Assembly: GCF_009914755.1 (NCBI RefSeq)
Contig: NC_060926.1
DNA length: 64,000 bases
Origin: the human T2T-CHM13v2.0 reference genome, Homo sapiens
Strand: one strand, 5' to 3'
In this document: in pieces, positions 25,732 to 38,779 of the stretch
Numbering within the stretch: position 1 is the first letter of the stretch
How the letters are laid out: each line of letters begins with the position of its first letter
Translations under genes and position numbers: made by a program
Notes under the pieces: model-generated
Told to the model about the DNA's origin: nothing
The model's database searches: none
What the model saw: only the letters and a program-made list of their open reading frames with translations

Positions 25732-26037
25732 CAAATGGACTCTTAATGATCACAACTGAGGACACTTCTAGAGGGTCACTGATGCCGAAAGTGTTCTGAG
25801 CTGAAACCCGGAAGTAATAGCCAGCATTTTCTGTGAGGTTCACAATTCTACAGGTTGTCACTGAGATGGCTGAAGACACCAATTGCCATTCAGCCCCCTC
25901 CTTGGCCTCACATTTTTCCACCACATAGTTGGTGATCCAGGAGCCTCCGTCATCTGCGGGTGGTTTCCAGCTGATCACTGCGGAGTTCTTCAATAGAGCT
26001 TCGATCACAATTGGTCCTGTAGGTTTGTCTGGTTTAT
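25732..26037 (-). CDS. TTN: Titin exon 357 (306 bp; Fn3 A166)
   Basis: aacag|AT...TTG|gtgagt. Confidence 0.95.
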
Positions 26038-26135
26038 CTGTTGGGGGAAAATACAATTGTGGTGGTTTTCATAGTGTGTTTTTGAGATTTTTTTTTCTTT
26101 AAAAATAAAAAGCACTGAAAATAAAAATAAAATAC

Positions 26136-26711
26136 CTTGTATTTCCACATCAAGGATGGCATCAACTGTTCCAAAAACATTGCTGAGCTGGACTTTGTAT
26201 TTCCCAGCATGAGTCTTACGTTGGACATTCTTCATGACAAGATGAGTATAGTGCTCAGTGTTTTCAATAGTAATGTTTTCTGAGTTTTGCAAAAGTTTCT
26301 GACCATGGAACCAAGTCATGGCAGGTACTGGACGACCAATGTACATAACATGAAGCCGAAGTGTGGAACCCACAGCTCCATAATATTTCTCTTTCAGTGG
26401 GTAACCAGGATGGAACTGCGGTGTTGCTTGCAGGAGAAGCTTACTACTGGTTTCTACTTCTCCAACCTCATTGGTGGCTATGCAGGTATAAACACCTTCA
26501 TCTTCCTGTTCCTCTGTCATTACTGTAAGAGTGTGTGTGCGTCCATCTGAAGACATTTTGTATTTCCGGCTTTGTATGAGCTCTTTACCAAATCTGTACC
26601 ATTTAATGTCAGGAAGAGGCCTTCCAACAATCTGGCATGAGAGTTGAGCAGCTTCACCCAATTTTGTGGTAACATCCTTCATTTCTTTGCGTATTCCTGG
26701 GGCCTCTCCAG
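26136..26711 (-). CDS. TTN: Titin exon 356 (576 bp; Ig A164, A165)
   Basis: ttcag|CT...AAG|gtattt. Confidence 0.95.
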
Positions 26712-27333
26712 CTGAACAATATGAAAGATAATATTAAGTGACTGTTAATACTCAATCTGTAATCCTTTGTCCTTGTATATCAGGAATGAATTTACCTTAT
26801 TTACTGACACATACCATGATTTACATATTAGCCTAATTCTTAAAAACTCTTTGAAGTGATTTTCCTAGGATCATATGGTAAATAGGGATTCAATGAGCAC
26901 ATCGTCACATTTTATGTAGAGTGTTTTTTTCTCTTTATGATTGGAAGGGGATTAATAATGTATAGGCTTTTAAGGGACTGTAAATTCTCTCTATAATTCT
27001 GTAGTATTCTTGCCCTTACTTAGGTTCATTGAAGTGGCATACAATTGTTGACCTTTCAAATCTTGTTGGGAAATATTTTTAAAAAGAAACCATTGCATTA
27101 GAGGGAATTACTCAAGGAAAGTGCTCAGTTCACTCCATCTAACATCTGCTGAGGTTGTGTGCTTGGAATGGTTTCCTGTAGAACTTGTCATATTTCCTGT
27201 GTGTGTACTTGCTTTTCTTTCTTAACACTTGCTCTCCAATAAAGCTTTCCAGGGTTCTACTTAGTATAGAGGGGGAATTAGCCTTAACTTGTTTAGTTTG
27301 TAAATCATAAGTAGAGAACCAAAGGCTACTTAC

Positions 27334-27633
27334 ATGTGAGTTTAGTCTTTATAGACATAGCAGTTCTGCGAGGTCTGCTCAGCCCAGTCTCATTCTCAGC
27401 AAAAACCCTGAATTCATACTCAGTAGCTTCCAGCAAACCTCCTATTGTGAATTGCTTGTCCTTAATACGTTCCTTATTGCTCTTCTTCCAGGCACTGTCT
27501 CCAGACTGTCTATATTCAACCCAGTATCCAAGAATTTCTTTACCACCATCACATTCAGGTTTCTCCCACTGTAGAGTGACACTATCTTTGGATATTGAAA
27601 GAATCTCAAGTTCTCCTGGTTGGCTTGGTTTAT
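27334..27633 (-). CDS. TTN: Titin exon 355 (300 bp; Fn3 A163); absent from the ORF track
   Basis: ttcag|AT...CAT|gtaagt; KPSQPGELEILSISKDSVTLQWEKPECDGGKE. Confidence 0.95.
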
Positions 27634-27739
27634 CTGAAATATTTTAAAATAATGAAAAGGGAGTCAGCTTTACTGGTGAAATAAAAGGACCAAACATGGC
27701 TTGCTTCTTTAATTTAACCCCTTCTTCTGAATTCCTTAC

Positions 27740-28045
27740 CAAATGGATCTTTGCAAACAACTGGTTCAGAAGCAGGGCTGGTCTCACTCAGGCCAACATC
27801 ATTCTGTGCGATGATGCGGAACTGATACTCAGCATCGGGAACAAGCCCTGTGACAGTGTACATTGTGGTGGTGATCTGAGTCTTGTTGTGTCTGACCCAC
27901 TTGTCAGTGGATGTCTCTTTGCGTTCGATGTAGTAGCCTGTGACTCTAGAACCACCATCATCTTTGGGCCGGGACCAGGACAAGCTAACAGAACTCTTGG
28001 TTACATCGAGTACTTCTGGAGGATTGCTTGGAGGTTCTGGAGGAT
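27740..28045 (-). CDS. TTN: Titin exon 354 (306 bp; Fn3 A162)
   Basis: tacag|AT...TTG|gtaagg. Confidence 0.95.
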
Positions 28046-28175
28046 CTGTAAATATAAGTGGAAAGCACACATGTATTAGAATACAGTCCCAAGTATTATA
28101 AGCCAATGACTTTCATTTAAAAACAGAAAAGTGCTGAAATAATGTTTATAATTTTGTGGTTGAAAGGGCACTTAC

Positions 28176-28760
28176 TCAATGGTGTTTTTGGTGTGACTGG
28201 TTCCTCAGATTTCAAGGGTTTGCTTATGCCAAACTGGTTTTCTGCTGAAACACGGAAATGGTATTCTACATTCTCTTTGAGGCCTTTTACCACCAGAGAT
28301 GTACCTCGGACTCTGGAATCAATGGTATACCAGGCGGCTTTAGGCACTTCTCGTCTCTCGAGGATGTAGCCTAAGATGTCAGCACCACCATCATCAGCAG
28401 GAGGTCTCCAGCTGACCCTCACAGAGCGGACTTGGATGTCATCATATTCCAGTGGCCCTTCTGGACTGTTGGGACTTCCTATCACCCTGACCTTGATGTA
28501 GACAGCCTTCTTGCCACATTTATTTTCCAGAACCAGGTCATAAGTGCCAGAATCACCCCTGTCTGCTTCTTTGATCACAAGCTCAGTGTGTGTTTCAGAT
28601 GTTGCAATCATGGCACGCTTACTAATATCCTGGCCTTCCTTGGTCCATTTACATATTGGGAATGGTTTTCCTTTGATTGGTATGGTAAGTCTGATGACGC
28701 CACCTTGCCTTACAAAGATACCTTCTTGGTATCTTTCATCAAGTTCATAATCAGGATATT
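28176..28760 (-). CDS. TTN: Titin exon 353 (585 bp; Ig A160, Fn3 A161)
   Basis: ttccag|AA...TGA|gtaagt. Confidence 0.95.
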
Positions 28761-28861
28761 CTGGAAAAAAAGGTAGGGTTTCAATTTAGCATTTGGGGTA
28801 GGGGGACTAAGAAATAAGTCTATGGCAATTATTGCAGAAAGCAAATGATCATATGTCTCAC

Positions 28862-29164
28862 CAAGCATTTCAGTGACTTTGACTGTTCCTGGTACCTCAG
28901 CAGGCTCACCAGGTCCACCAGCATTACAAGCTAGGACGCGGAACCTGTATTCTGCACCCTGAGGTAGGTGTGTTAGAGTATACTCTCGAATCTTGGTTGG
29001 AGTGGTGTTACACTTGGTCCATTCATGTTGATCTACTTTTTGCATTTCAATCAAGTAGCCTGTGACTTTAGATCCTCCTTCATCTTCTGGAACACTCCAG
29101 GCCAGGGAGACTGATGTCCTTGTTGTATCAGTAACTCTTGGGTTTTGTGGCTTTCCTGGAGGAG
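28862..29164 (-). CDS. TTN: Titin exon 352 (303 bp; Fn3 A159)
   Basis: tctcag|CT...TTG|gtgaga. Confidence 0.95.
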
Positions 29165-29304
29165 CTGAGAATAAGAATAAGAATATACTGGTTAAAGTTG
29201 CTGCAAAGTTGAAAATTAGCTGTGCCACCTAACAAATTCAATGAGTTGTTGAAACGGACTGTTAACATTAGCCTGTTTTTTTGTCTTGTGAAAATTTTAT
29301 TCAT

Positions 29305-29655
<351 letters not shown>

Positions 29656-29874
29656 TTAACATTTTTTCACTTTCCTTTCTCTTAAATGTGCTTCATTTGT
29701 AATCACTATTATTATCTTACATTTATCAGCAGTTTTTAAAGTGCTTCCAGAAATATTAACTTGTTTTAAAATTTTAAGTGTGATAGAAAGCATATATTAT
29801 GAATCTCATCTTAAAGAAGTGGAAATTGACTCCAGAGAAGAATATTAAAAATTATTTGCCAGAAATCGCTAGCA

Positions 29875-30055
29875 GCTGGGGTGGGGAAGGGACTGATTAC
29901 AAACGGACACAAGGGAACTTTACGGGGTAATAAAAATATTCCACATTTTGATTGTGGTGGTGATTACAAAACAGTACATTTTTCAAAAGTCATAGAACTA
30001 TATATTTCAAAAAGGTGAATTTTCCCACATATAAATTGTAACTCAATCAATTTGA
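29875..30055 (+). mobile_element. Ancient L1M 3'-end fragment
   Basis: acaagggaacttt...ttgattgtggtggtgattaca...aaaaggtgaatttt...ataaattgtaactcaat resembles L1MC/MD/ME 3' ends. Confidence 0.65.
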
Positions 30056-30075
30056 CTGATACAAAATGTCCTTAC

Positions 30076-30378
30076 CAATTGGATCCATGGCAACGATGGG
30101 TTTGGAAGGACGACTTGGTTTCCCAGACCCTCTTGCATTAATGGCTGTGACACGGTGTTCATATTCTAAGCCTTCAGTAAGGCCAGTGGAGCGGTACCGT
30201 GTCATTGTCACAGGTACTTTATTTACACGGACCCATCGATCTGCTCTCACTTCTTTGCGCTCCACAATATATCCAGTCACTTGGGAGCCACCGTCATCCT
30301 CTGGTGGGTACCAAGTAAGTGTCATGCCATCACGGGAAACATCAAATATCTGTAATGTTTCTGGGGGTCCAGGAATAC
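30076..30378 (-). CDS. TTN: Titin exon 351 (303 bp; Fn3 A158)
   Basis: ctgcag|GT...TTG|gtaagg. Confidence 0.95.
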
Positions 30379-30559
30379 CTGCAGCAAGACAGAGGTTAAC
30401 ACGATATGGCAATATGAATACGTTAAAACAATGACTCATATATTTGTGTTTTCCTTAGGTTTTGGTTGGTATTTTAAAAGGTACATAAGGCACATGACTA
30501 TTTTTCCAATAGTTTCACTTTTGTACTATTTGTAAATTTTAATTTAAATCATTTAATTA

Positions 30560-30650
30560 TTTAATTATTTTTATTAAAAATTTTTGACTTTTAGCTTCAG
30601 GGGTACATGTGCAGTTTGTTACATGGGTATATTGCATGATGCTGAGGTTT
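30560..30650 (-). mobile_element. Short L1PA/L1PB 3'-terminal remnant
   Basis: ttcaggggtacatgtgcagtttgttacatgggtatattgcatgatgctgaggttt. Confidence 0.7.
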
Positions 30651-30744
30651 AATTTTGTACTTTCCTTGCTGTTCCTCATTTTCTTCAATTCTACATTTAT
30701 TAAGCATGCACTCTGTATTTTTTTCTCACTATAACATTGCCAGT

Positions 30745-30830
30745 CCTCCTTCCTTTCCTCTCTTCCTCCTTCCCTTCTCTCTTTTCTTCCTTCCATTCCT
30801 TTCTTCCTAACTCCCTCCTCTTCTCTTTCA
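30745..30830. repeat. CT-rich low-complexity tract
   Basis: cctccttcctttcctctcttcctccttcccttctct... Confidence 0.8.
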
Positions 30831-30881
30831 TAAGAGTGAAGATATTAAAAAAAAAATCAAGCCTAAGTGTGTTGAAAACCT

Positions 30882-30927
30882 CTGAGAAAAGGAGGTTTAG
30901 AAACCTGAGAAAAGGAGGTTTAGAAAC
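30882..30927. repeat. 23-bp tandem duplication
   Basis: ctgagaaaaggaggtttagaaac x2, plus a partial third copy. Confidence 0.9.
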
Positions 30928-31015
30928 CTTAGAAAGACCACAGGGTTAATTTTGTGACCTATTTTTATTTACATTAGGGCATATTAAAAACAAATTCTTT
31001 TTTGTTAACATTCAG

Positions 31016-31155
31016 AATCAGAGGTGGGGAGAGTGGTGGAAGGGCCTGTGGACTTACGGATGCTGCTGCGACACTCTATGACCTCAGACTGCAAGTAAGA
31101 GCCAATCCCGAAGCGGTTTGTTGCAGCCACACGGAACACATACTCATTTCCTTCG
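31016..31155 (+). ncRNA. TTN-AS1: Antisense exon candidate (140 bp, TTN-AS1) overlapping the donor of TTN exon 350
   Basis: tttttttgttaacattcag| acceptor and TCG|gtgagt donor; agrees with my recollection of TTN-AS1 structure (unverified). Confidence 0.6.
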
Positions 31156-31357
31156 GTGAGTCTGGTAAACTTAAACGTGGACCTAGTCACTGATTCAGAA
31201 ACGGGCAGCCATCCTGGACGATGAGCGTCACGTTGTTCTACCACATAACCACTCAGTGGAGCACCACCGTCCAATTCAGGTGGTTCCCAGGAAATGGTAA
31301 TTGATGTAGCATCAATTTCATCAATCTTAATAGGTCCTGTTGGTGGACCAGGCTTGT
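31058..31357 (-). CDS. TTN: Titin exon 350 (300 bp; Fn3 A157)
   Basis: tcatag|AC...TCC|gtaagt. Confidence 0.95.
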
Positions 31358-31455
31358 CTATGAAAGAGAAGAAATACAGGAAATTAATTTTTACTTCAAA
31401 TCAAAATTGGGTGACTGAACATCAACTTGCTTGTATCTTTGTCACACATCCTTAC

Positions 31456-31743
31456 CAAGAATGATAACTTTAATGGTTTCTGAAGTAGTTCCGGTAACAT
31501 TCTTCAATTCAAGTGTGTATTCTCCAGTATCTCTGATAGTGGTTTCACGGATGGTTAATTTAGCTACTTTAGTGTGAGTTTCAACTGTGACACGCTCTGA
31601 TTCTCTCAGTTTAGAACCAGCAAAGAACCAGGAAGCAGCAGGAGGTGGACGGCCAGCAATAGGTATCACCAGCTCTACTGGTCTGCCAGCTGGGACATGG
31701 ATGGTCTTCTGAGGCATTGTAGAAAGATCGATTGTTGGCAACA
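31456..31743 (-). CDS. TTN: Titin exon 349 (288 bp; Ig A156)
   Basis: ccatag|TG...TTG|gtaagg. Confidence 0.95.
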
Positions 31744-31862
31744 CTATGGGAAAGAAATCAGGCATTTATTCTTAAGCATTATTTTTATGGTAAATTGTTA
31801 CGAATTCTGAATGTTTTCATTTTACTTTACTTTTTTTTTTTTTTTGGCTATTTGGTACATAC

Positions 31863-32456
31863 CTCTGAGGTCTTGTACAGTCACGGCTGTGACAGTCTCT
31901 CTTGGTTCTGACACACCTTTCTCATTTTGTGCCCTTATTCTAAATAAGTATTGTTCACCTTCATTTAAGGAAGTAACAGTGTGCTCTAGGACTGTGGGTT
32001 TTAAGGTGACAACCTTCATCCATCTCTCTGTGCCAGCTTTGCAGGCCTCGAGAACATATCCAGTGAGTCGGCTACCACCATCGTAGAGTGGTTTTTCCCA
32101 GGCAAGGGTAACAGTGGATTTGGTGACATCGACCACTTCTAGCTTTGCAGGCACCAAAGGCACTTCTGAGACCAGTACTGCATCAGATGTTTCACAAGGT
32201 TCTCCAATGCCATAAATATTTTCTGGCAGCACTCTGAAATAGTACATGGTTCCTTCTACAAGTCCAGAAATTCTGTAAAGTGTCTTGCTGCATTTGGTAG
32301 TTACTGTTTTGAATGCTCTCATAGCAGCTTCACGCTTCTCAACGATGTAATTGTTGACTGGAGCTCCACCATCAATCGTGGGAATTTCCCAAGTTATAGT
32401 CACAGAATCTCTTGATACTTCCTTAACTTTCACTGAAGGACAGGGACCAGGAGTAT
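31863..32456 (-). CDS. TTN: Titin exon 348 (594 bp; Fn3 A154, A155)
   Basis: tttcag|AT...GAG|gtatgt. Confidence 0.95.
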
Positions 32457-32627
32457 CTGAAAAACAGAATGAAAGATTCATATTTCCTATTTGCCTGATA
32501 GCTTTTTTTTTCTTGGGGAAATATAATCAACATAGTTCCTTTCTAGAGAGGTGATCAATCATAGGTCAAGCTATATTGTTTTAGAGGATCTACTCATTGT
32601 ATAGCCAATTTTAAGTAAAATGCTTAC

Positions 32628-32909
32628 CATAGACTTTAACAAGGACTGTTGCTGATTTCTTGCCAGATTGGTTTTCAGCTTCAATTGTGTATTTTCCAGC
32701 ATCGTACCGATTAACTTTGTCCACTATTAGCAATGAGTAGCTCTCAGTGGTGTCAATAATTGCCCGGCTTGCAAGGTCAATGCCCTGCTTGCTCCACGTT
32801 ATGACAGGAGGTGGTCTTCCAGATACAGACACCATCAAGCGCAAGGAGGCCCCAGCCCTGATGGTCACAGTCTTCTTTAGATCATCTGCAAGCTCAAGAT
32901 CTGGTATTT
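32628..32909 (-). CDS. TTN: Titin exon 347 (282 bp; Ig A153)
   Basis: ttccag|AA...ATG|gtaagc. Confidence 0.95.
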
Positions 32910-32994
32910 CTGGAAAGTTAATGACAAAATTTAATTAATTCATGGACAGGTGTGAGAAGAAAATAATTCACCTAAAAGCTTCTGTGATAAATAC

Positions 32995-33300
32995 CTATTC
33001 TTTCCACGGGCTCAATTTCAGCAATTGATTCGCTGTATTCGCTCATACCCTTCACGTTCACGGCAGCAACTCTGAAGGAATATTTCTGGCCCATTTTAAG
33101 GTCTGGCACAGTGAATTCAGTATTTCTTATTGTGGCATTGGTATGCACTCGGTACCACTGATCAGTGTCCTTCTCTTGCATTTCCAGAACATATCCTACA
33201 ATGTCAGTACCACCATCGTACATGGGTTTGGTCCATGCCAAACTAATGCTGTGTTTGGTGGTATCCACAACTCTTGGAGCAGAAGGTGGTCCAGGGGTAT
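32995..33300 (-). CDS. TTN: Titin exon 346 (306 bp; Fn3 A152)
   Basis: ccacag|AT...TAG|gtattt. Confidence 0.95.
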
Positions 33301-34181
33301 CTGTGGAATTTAAAAAGTGAGATGCAGATATTAGGCAAATAAGGAAATGTTGAGATTTGTATTTTTTGTTTTCAAGACTCACAAAGGCATTATTGCTCTT
33401 GTCCACACTCACCAAGATAATCTTTATTAACTGGGCTCCTGATATTATAGGACAGCACAGAGTGCCACATTATAATTTAATATTATTATCTTAAGAATTA
33501 AATTGCTTTAGGAAAGTAGATATTTCTTCCCTACTTCTTTGGCCAGCTTTACTGTGTGTTCTCTATTAGCTAAGCTCATTACTTAAAGTACCCATTCTTA
33601 GGGACTTTTCTTTAGTTGCTTATCTTTCACTGGGTTAGTATCACTTGCCACCAATACATTTCTAATGAATACAAGAATTGGTTTCCTTAGCTTCCCCAAT
33701 TCAGTCCCAGTGACTATTCCTTTATAGTTCTTGGGCTCAGACTCTGTAAAAGGATTTGCCACTTATTTTTGAAGCTCTTGTCACAATTACTTTGTCAGTA
33801 ACTTATGAAACCACTAGAAACTGTATGTTCCTGCTAAACCTCTTCTTAAAAGGAGTTTTGCCATTTTTCTTTTCAGTTATTACAGTACAATGCATTTTTC
33901 TCTAAGGAAAATTTATAAAATAGATTCTTTTCATATTGATAGAATATTTTTTCATTAATTGGAAAATGCTGTACAACTTTTAGCAATTCTAATTGCTAAC
34001 TTAACAGATGTAATAGTTAAAATGTTCTCTGACTTAAGCTATATTTATGATCATGCAAATAAGCATGTGCTTTTCTAGACCATTCATAAATTCTAAAAAT
34101 TCTTAGAGATTGTGTGTTGGAAAATTATCTGTCATATAGTTTTGAGGAGCATTGTATTTATGTATGATTCTTGGAGCTCAC

Positions 34182-34487
34182 ATGATGGTTCTCTGCATGA
34201 GATGAAGTTGGAAGCTTCGCTGGGCTCACTGTTACCAGCTGCATTCACTGCGGTCACCCGGAACTGGTAATCACAACCCTCCATCAGGCTGGTCACCTTC
34301 AGCCTGGTATCATACACCACATAGTCTTTGTTGACACGTGTCCAGCGCAGGCTCTTCTTCTCACGTTTGTCTACTAGGTAGTTGCTGATTTCATTGCCAC
34401 CATCAGATTCAGGTTTTGTCCACTGAATGATGATATGCTCTTTGCCAGTCCCAACTTCTTCAGGTATGCCGGGTGGTGATGGAATAG
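34182..34487 (-). CDS. TTN: Titin exon 345 (306 bp; Fn3 A151)
   Basis: aaacag|CT...CAT|gtgagc. Confidence 0.95.
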
Positions 34488-34613
34488 CTGTTTATGAAAA
34501 TAAGGATGATGAGAATTGCACAAAATTACTATTGATAAGACTGCCCTTCTCCCTTCTCCCCCTGATTCTATTACATTTCAACTGTCAAATTATTTAAAAG
34601 TGTTAATACTTAC

Positions 34614-34910
34614 TGAATGAGTTTCTGGCTACAATTGGCTCTGATTCAACAGGCACACCAGGGCCATATTTGTTTACTGCCCTCACTCGGAATATGTACT
34701 CATTGTTCTTGATGAGCCTGGTAACGACATAGGATAGGGTTGGGCATTCGCCTTCAACAATCACCCAGTTGAGCCTGCTAGTCTCGCGTCTTTCCACGAT
34801 GTAGTGAGTGATTTCTGCTCCTCCGTCTTCCTGCGGAAGGCTCCAGGCTAAAGTGCACTTCTCCTGTGTTACTCTGCTGACGGTGAGCTTTCCACATGGG
34901 CCAGGGGAAT
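34614..34910 (-). CDS. TTN: Titin exon 344 (297 bp; Fn3 A150/FN3-119, HMERF hotspot)
   Basis: tttcag|AT...TCA|gtaagt; SPGPCGKLTVSRVTQEKCTLAWSLP. Confidence 0.95.
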
Positions 34911-35005
34911 CTGAAACAGGTGTAATGACAAGCCATGATGAAGATCATTCTTTCTGCCCACACTGGAAAATGCTATATAAATGTGAGAACATTTGACATG
35001 CTTAC

Positions 35006-35296
35006 CAAGCACTTTGACCATGACAGACACGGCCTTGGTCCCGCTGGCATTTTTCACTGTTAAAGTGTATTTTCCACTGTCACTTCTGTCACAGAACTTG
35101 ATCACAGCAGTTGCTCGTTTGCCAGTATACTGCAAAGAGACTTTTTCACAGAGATCTAGCTCCTTGTCTCCTTTGGTCCAGATAATTTTGGGTTCAGGTT
35201 TGCCACCAACTGCAGCATCCAGAACAAGATCAGAACCTGCTCTGATGGTAACCAGATCACCGTGTAATCGGGCATCCAGTTCGGCTTTGGGTGGAG
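35006..35296 (-). CDS. TTN: Titin exon 343 (291 bp; Ig A149)
   Basis: tgacag|CT...TTG|gtaagc. Confidence 0.95.
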
Positions 35297-35393
35297 CTGT
35301 CAGTAGGCAAAACAGATATGAATGAATATCTGAGAGTTTATTTTCACATAAATTGAGATAATTTTAAAAAGGAGAATGTTGACTATTTCCTAC

Positions 35394-35699
35394 CGTATTC
35401 ATCTCGGCAAGTGACAGGGCCTGTAGATTCAGACCCTTTGCTAATTACGCCTGCTGCATTCTTGGCTAACACACGGAACTCATAAGTGTCTCCTTCACTG
35501 AGAGCAGTCACGGTGAAGAAATTGTCAGATACAATGGTGTAGTTGCACTTCAGCCAGCGACCATCTCCTACCTCACTGACTGGCTTACGCTCTATGATGT
35601 AGCCCACAACCTTGCTGCCTCCATCATACGCTGGGGCAGACCAAATCAGTGATACTGTTGATCTTGTGACATCTGTCACCTCTGGTCTGCCTGGTGCAT
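35394..35699 (-). CDS. TTN: Titin exon 342 (306 bp; Fn3 A148)
   Basis: ttccag|AT...ACG|gtagga. Confidence 0.95.
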
Positions 35700-35796
35700 C
35701 TGGAAGGGATGCAAAAATAAGGTTAAAATATACCACTCTGAGTTCTACTAGAATCAGTAATAATAAACAAATATGCCCTTAAATTGTGATACATAC

Positions 35797-36099
35797 CAAC
35801 TGGATTTTGAGCCATTATAGGTCTTGAAGCTTCGCTGGCCTTGCTAACACCTGCAGCATTGAGTGCATAAGTTCTGAACTGATATTCCAGTCCTTCTACT
35901 AAACCAGTTACTTTGTAGTTGCACTCTAAGCATGGCACTTTGTTTTCTTTCACCCAAAGAATTGTATTACGTTCTTTCTTCTCAACCCAGTAGCCAATGA
36001 TTTTACTGCCACCATCGTGGTAGGGTTCTTCCCAACGAATAGACATGGCATTGGCAGACACATGGTAGACCTCAGGTCTGGTAGGAGCGCTTGGTGGGA
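35797..36099 (-). CDS. TTN: Titin exon 341 (303 bp; Fn3 A147)
   Basis: atttag|TC...TTG|gtatgt. Confidence 0.95.
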
Positions 36100-36200
36100 C
36101 TAAATATAAACAAAGGTATTAAGTATGAATACAATTTTATAAAATTCAGGGGAAACATTTAATAATAGAGACTTTGAAATAGGATTTTTATTTTTCTTAC

Positions 36201-38267
36201 CAAATGGATGTTCAGCAATTATTGGTGCTGATTCTAGAGGTTTGCTGACACCAAATCTGTTCTCTGAACTGACACGGAAAGAATATTCCATGTATTTTGT
36301 GAGATGAGTGACTTTAATTTGAGTGCGCTTGACACTGGAATTGACAAGCTGCCAAGCTGTTGTACCCGATTCACGCTTTTCAACTATGTAATTAGTAATT
36401 TCAGTGCCTCCTCCATCTTTAGGTTCTCCCCATGACAGGACACACGATTCAGCTGAGACAGATGAGACCTCAATGGGGCCGGTTACTGGACCTGGCCTTC
36501 CAATGACCACAACTGTGACGCTAAATGTTTTAACACCAGCTGTATTTTCCAGGGTCAAGAAGTATCTTCCAGAGTCACCTCTCATGCTGTCCTTTACAGT
36601 CAGTGTGGTTCTGTCTTTTGTTGTTGTAATGCTCACTCGATCTGTCTCTTTAAGTCTCATTTCTTCCAGTTTCCATGTTACTTTGGGGGCAGGACGACCA
36701 CTGATTGGTACGTCAATGGTAAATGGGCTTCCTGCTTTGCAAGTTATAAGCTGATTGGTAATTCCAGTGAGGTCAGCAGTGGGCTCGATTTGAGGCTCCT
36801 TAATGATGACAGAAGAGAAGGCTTCTCTGGGTTCACTATAGCCAGCATCATTCTTGGCCTTCACACGGAATTCATATTCAGTTTTCTCAACAAGACGCTC
36901 TACTGTGAAAGTTAGCTGTTTGGTGTGACCAGCTTCAACCCAGAAGTCAGATCCCTTTTGTCTCATTTCAAGCAGGTAGCCAGTGATCCGGCTGCCTCCA
37001 TCGTGGTCAGGTTTAAGCCAAGCTAAGACTGCGGAGGATTTGCTAGTATCAACAACATCAAGTCTCCTAGGTGGAGCAGGCTGTTCTGTGGCTACAATTG
37101 GTTCTGGCATTTCATAGGGCTCACCAACACCATACTCATTTACTGCAGAAACACGGAAATAGTACGGAACACCTTCGGCCAGGTCATTGACCTTGAAGAT
37201 CTGACGAGTGCATTTTTCACTGATAACCTGCCAACTACGGCGACTTGCCTCTCGTTTCTCTACCACATAATGATGGATTCGGGCACCACCGTCAAGAAGA
37301 GGGGCATCCCACATCAATGTAGCAGATCCCCGGGTCACATCTTTGAAGGTAATTGGGCCAGGTGGGCCTGGAGTGTCTAGCACTTTCACGGTGAATGTGA
37401 TTGACTTACTACCACTGTTGTTTTCCACAGTAAGGGTATATTTCCCTGCATCATTTCTGTTGCAGTTTTCCACAGTGAGGGTGCTGAAGGAATCTGTTGT
37501 ATGGATATCAGCCCGAAGGCTAAGGTTAGAGTCTGGTTTGCTCCACACAGCTGTAGGAGTAGGTCTACCTTGGTAGGCAATGAAGAGGCGAATACTGGCC
37601 CCAGCTCTAACAACATGAGTCTGTTTGAAGTTTGCATCTATGTCTAACTCAGGAGCTGTTAACCGGTCAACTGCTTTAATTGTGCCAGTCACTTCACAGC
37701 TGTCGCCTTTTCCAGCACCATTGATAGCACTAACTCGGAATTTGTATTCTTCACCTGCTTGTAGATCAGTGACTGTATATCTTGTTTTCACACATGCCTC
37801 TGCATTCACCTTGTGCCAGTCTCCTAAGTCGGCCTTACACATTTCAATAATATACCCAATTATTTCCATGCCACCATCAAACACTGGTTTGGACCATTCT
37901 AAGCTCACAGTTGTCTTTGATGTGTCTGTTACTTTGACCACTGTGGGAGGACCTGGTGGGTTGACGGGCTCTCTACATTTAATGAGTCTTGAGATGCCAC
38001 TTGCAGGTCCAACTCCTGCAGCATTTTCAGCCATGACATGGAATTCATACTCATTGCCTTCTGTCAGACCAGTGACTTTGAATCTTGTTTCAGAGATTGG
38101 TCGTTTGCTGATCACTTTTACCCATCTTGTGCTTTTCTTTTCTCTTCTTTCAAGGATATACTGTTGAATTTCACTGCCACCATCTGATTCTGGCCTTGCC
38201 CATGTCAGGGTAATGCTGTTGCCTGTTATGTTGCTAGGTTCTGGAATGCCAGGGGCATCAGGAACAG
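36201..38267 (-). CDS. TTN: Titin exon 340 (2067 bp; A140-A146)
   Basis: ttacag|CT...TTG|gtaaga; Fn-Fn-Ig-Fn-Fn-Ig-Fn. Confidence 0.96.
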
Positions 38268-38363
38268 CTGTAAAACAAAAACAAAACCCCAAATCAATTA
38301 GATGCATTTGCTTGGAAGGTTAAACTTTTGACATAGTACCGCTTAGTAAAAACGCAAACTTAC

Positions 38364-38663
38364 TATATTGTATTTGAGCAACCACTGGATCAGAATCAAG
38401 TGGCCTGCCAACACCAAACTTGTTAACTGCAGAAACACGGAATTGGTATTCATTGCCGTTTATTAGTTTAATGGCAGTGTAACTTTGGGCTTCACATTTA
38501 TCCTCAATTAGTGCCCAGGCAAGTCTGCTGGTTTCCCGTTTTTCAATGATGTAGTGGGTTATGGGAGCACAACCGTCATTGAGTGGGGCATCCCACCACA
38601 GAGTCATCTTCTCCCCAGTAATATTGGTGAATCTTATTGGCCCAACTACTTTTCCTGGTGTAT
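38364..38663 (-). CDS. TTN: Titin exon 339 (300 bp; Fn3 A139)
   Basis: ttatag|AT...ATA|gtaagt. Confidence 0.95.
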
Positions 38664-38779
38664 CTATAAGAAAAAGTTTCTAGAGTTAGTTTCTTTTTCC
38701 TTGTCCATTAAAATACAACTAGGCATGTCTCTAATCCAAGTTCATAAATTGTAGCATTAAGAAGCTATTTTAAAAGTAC

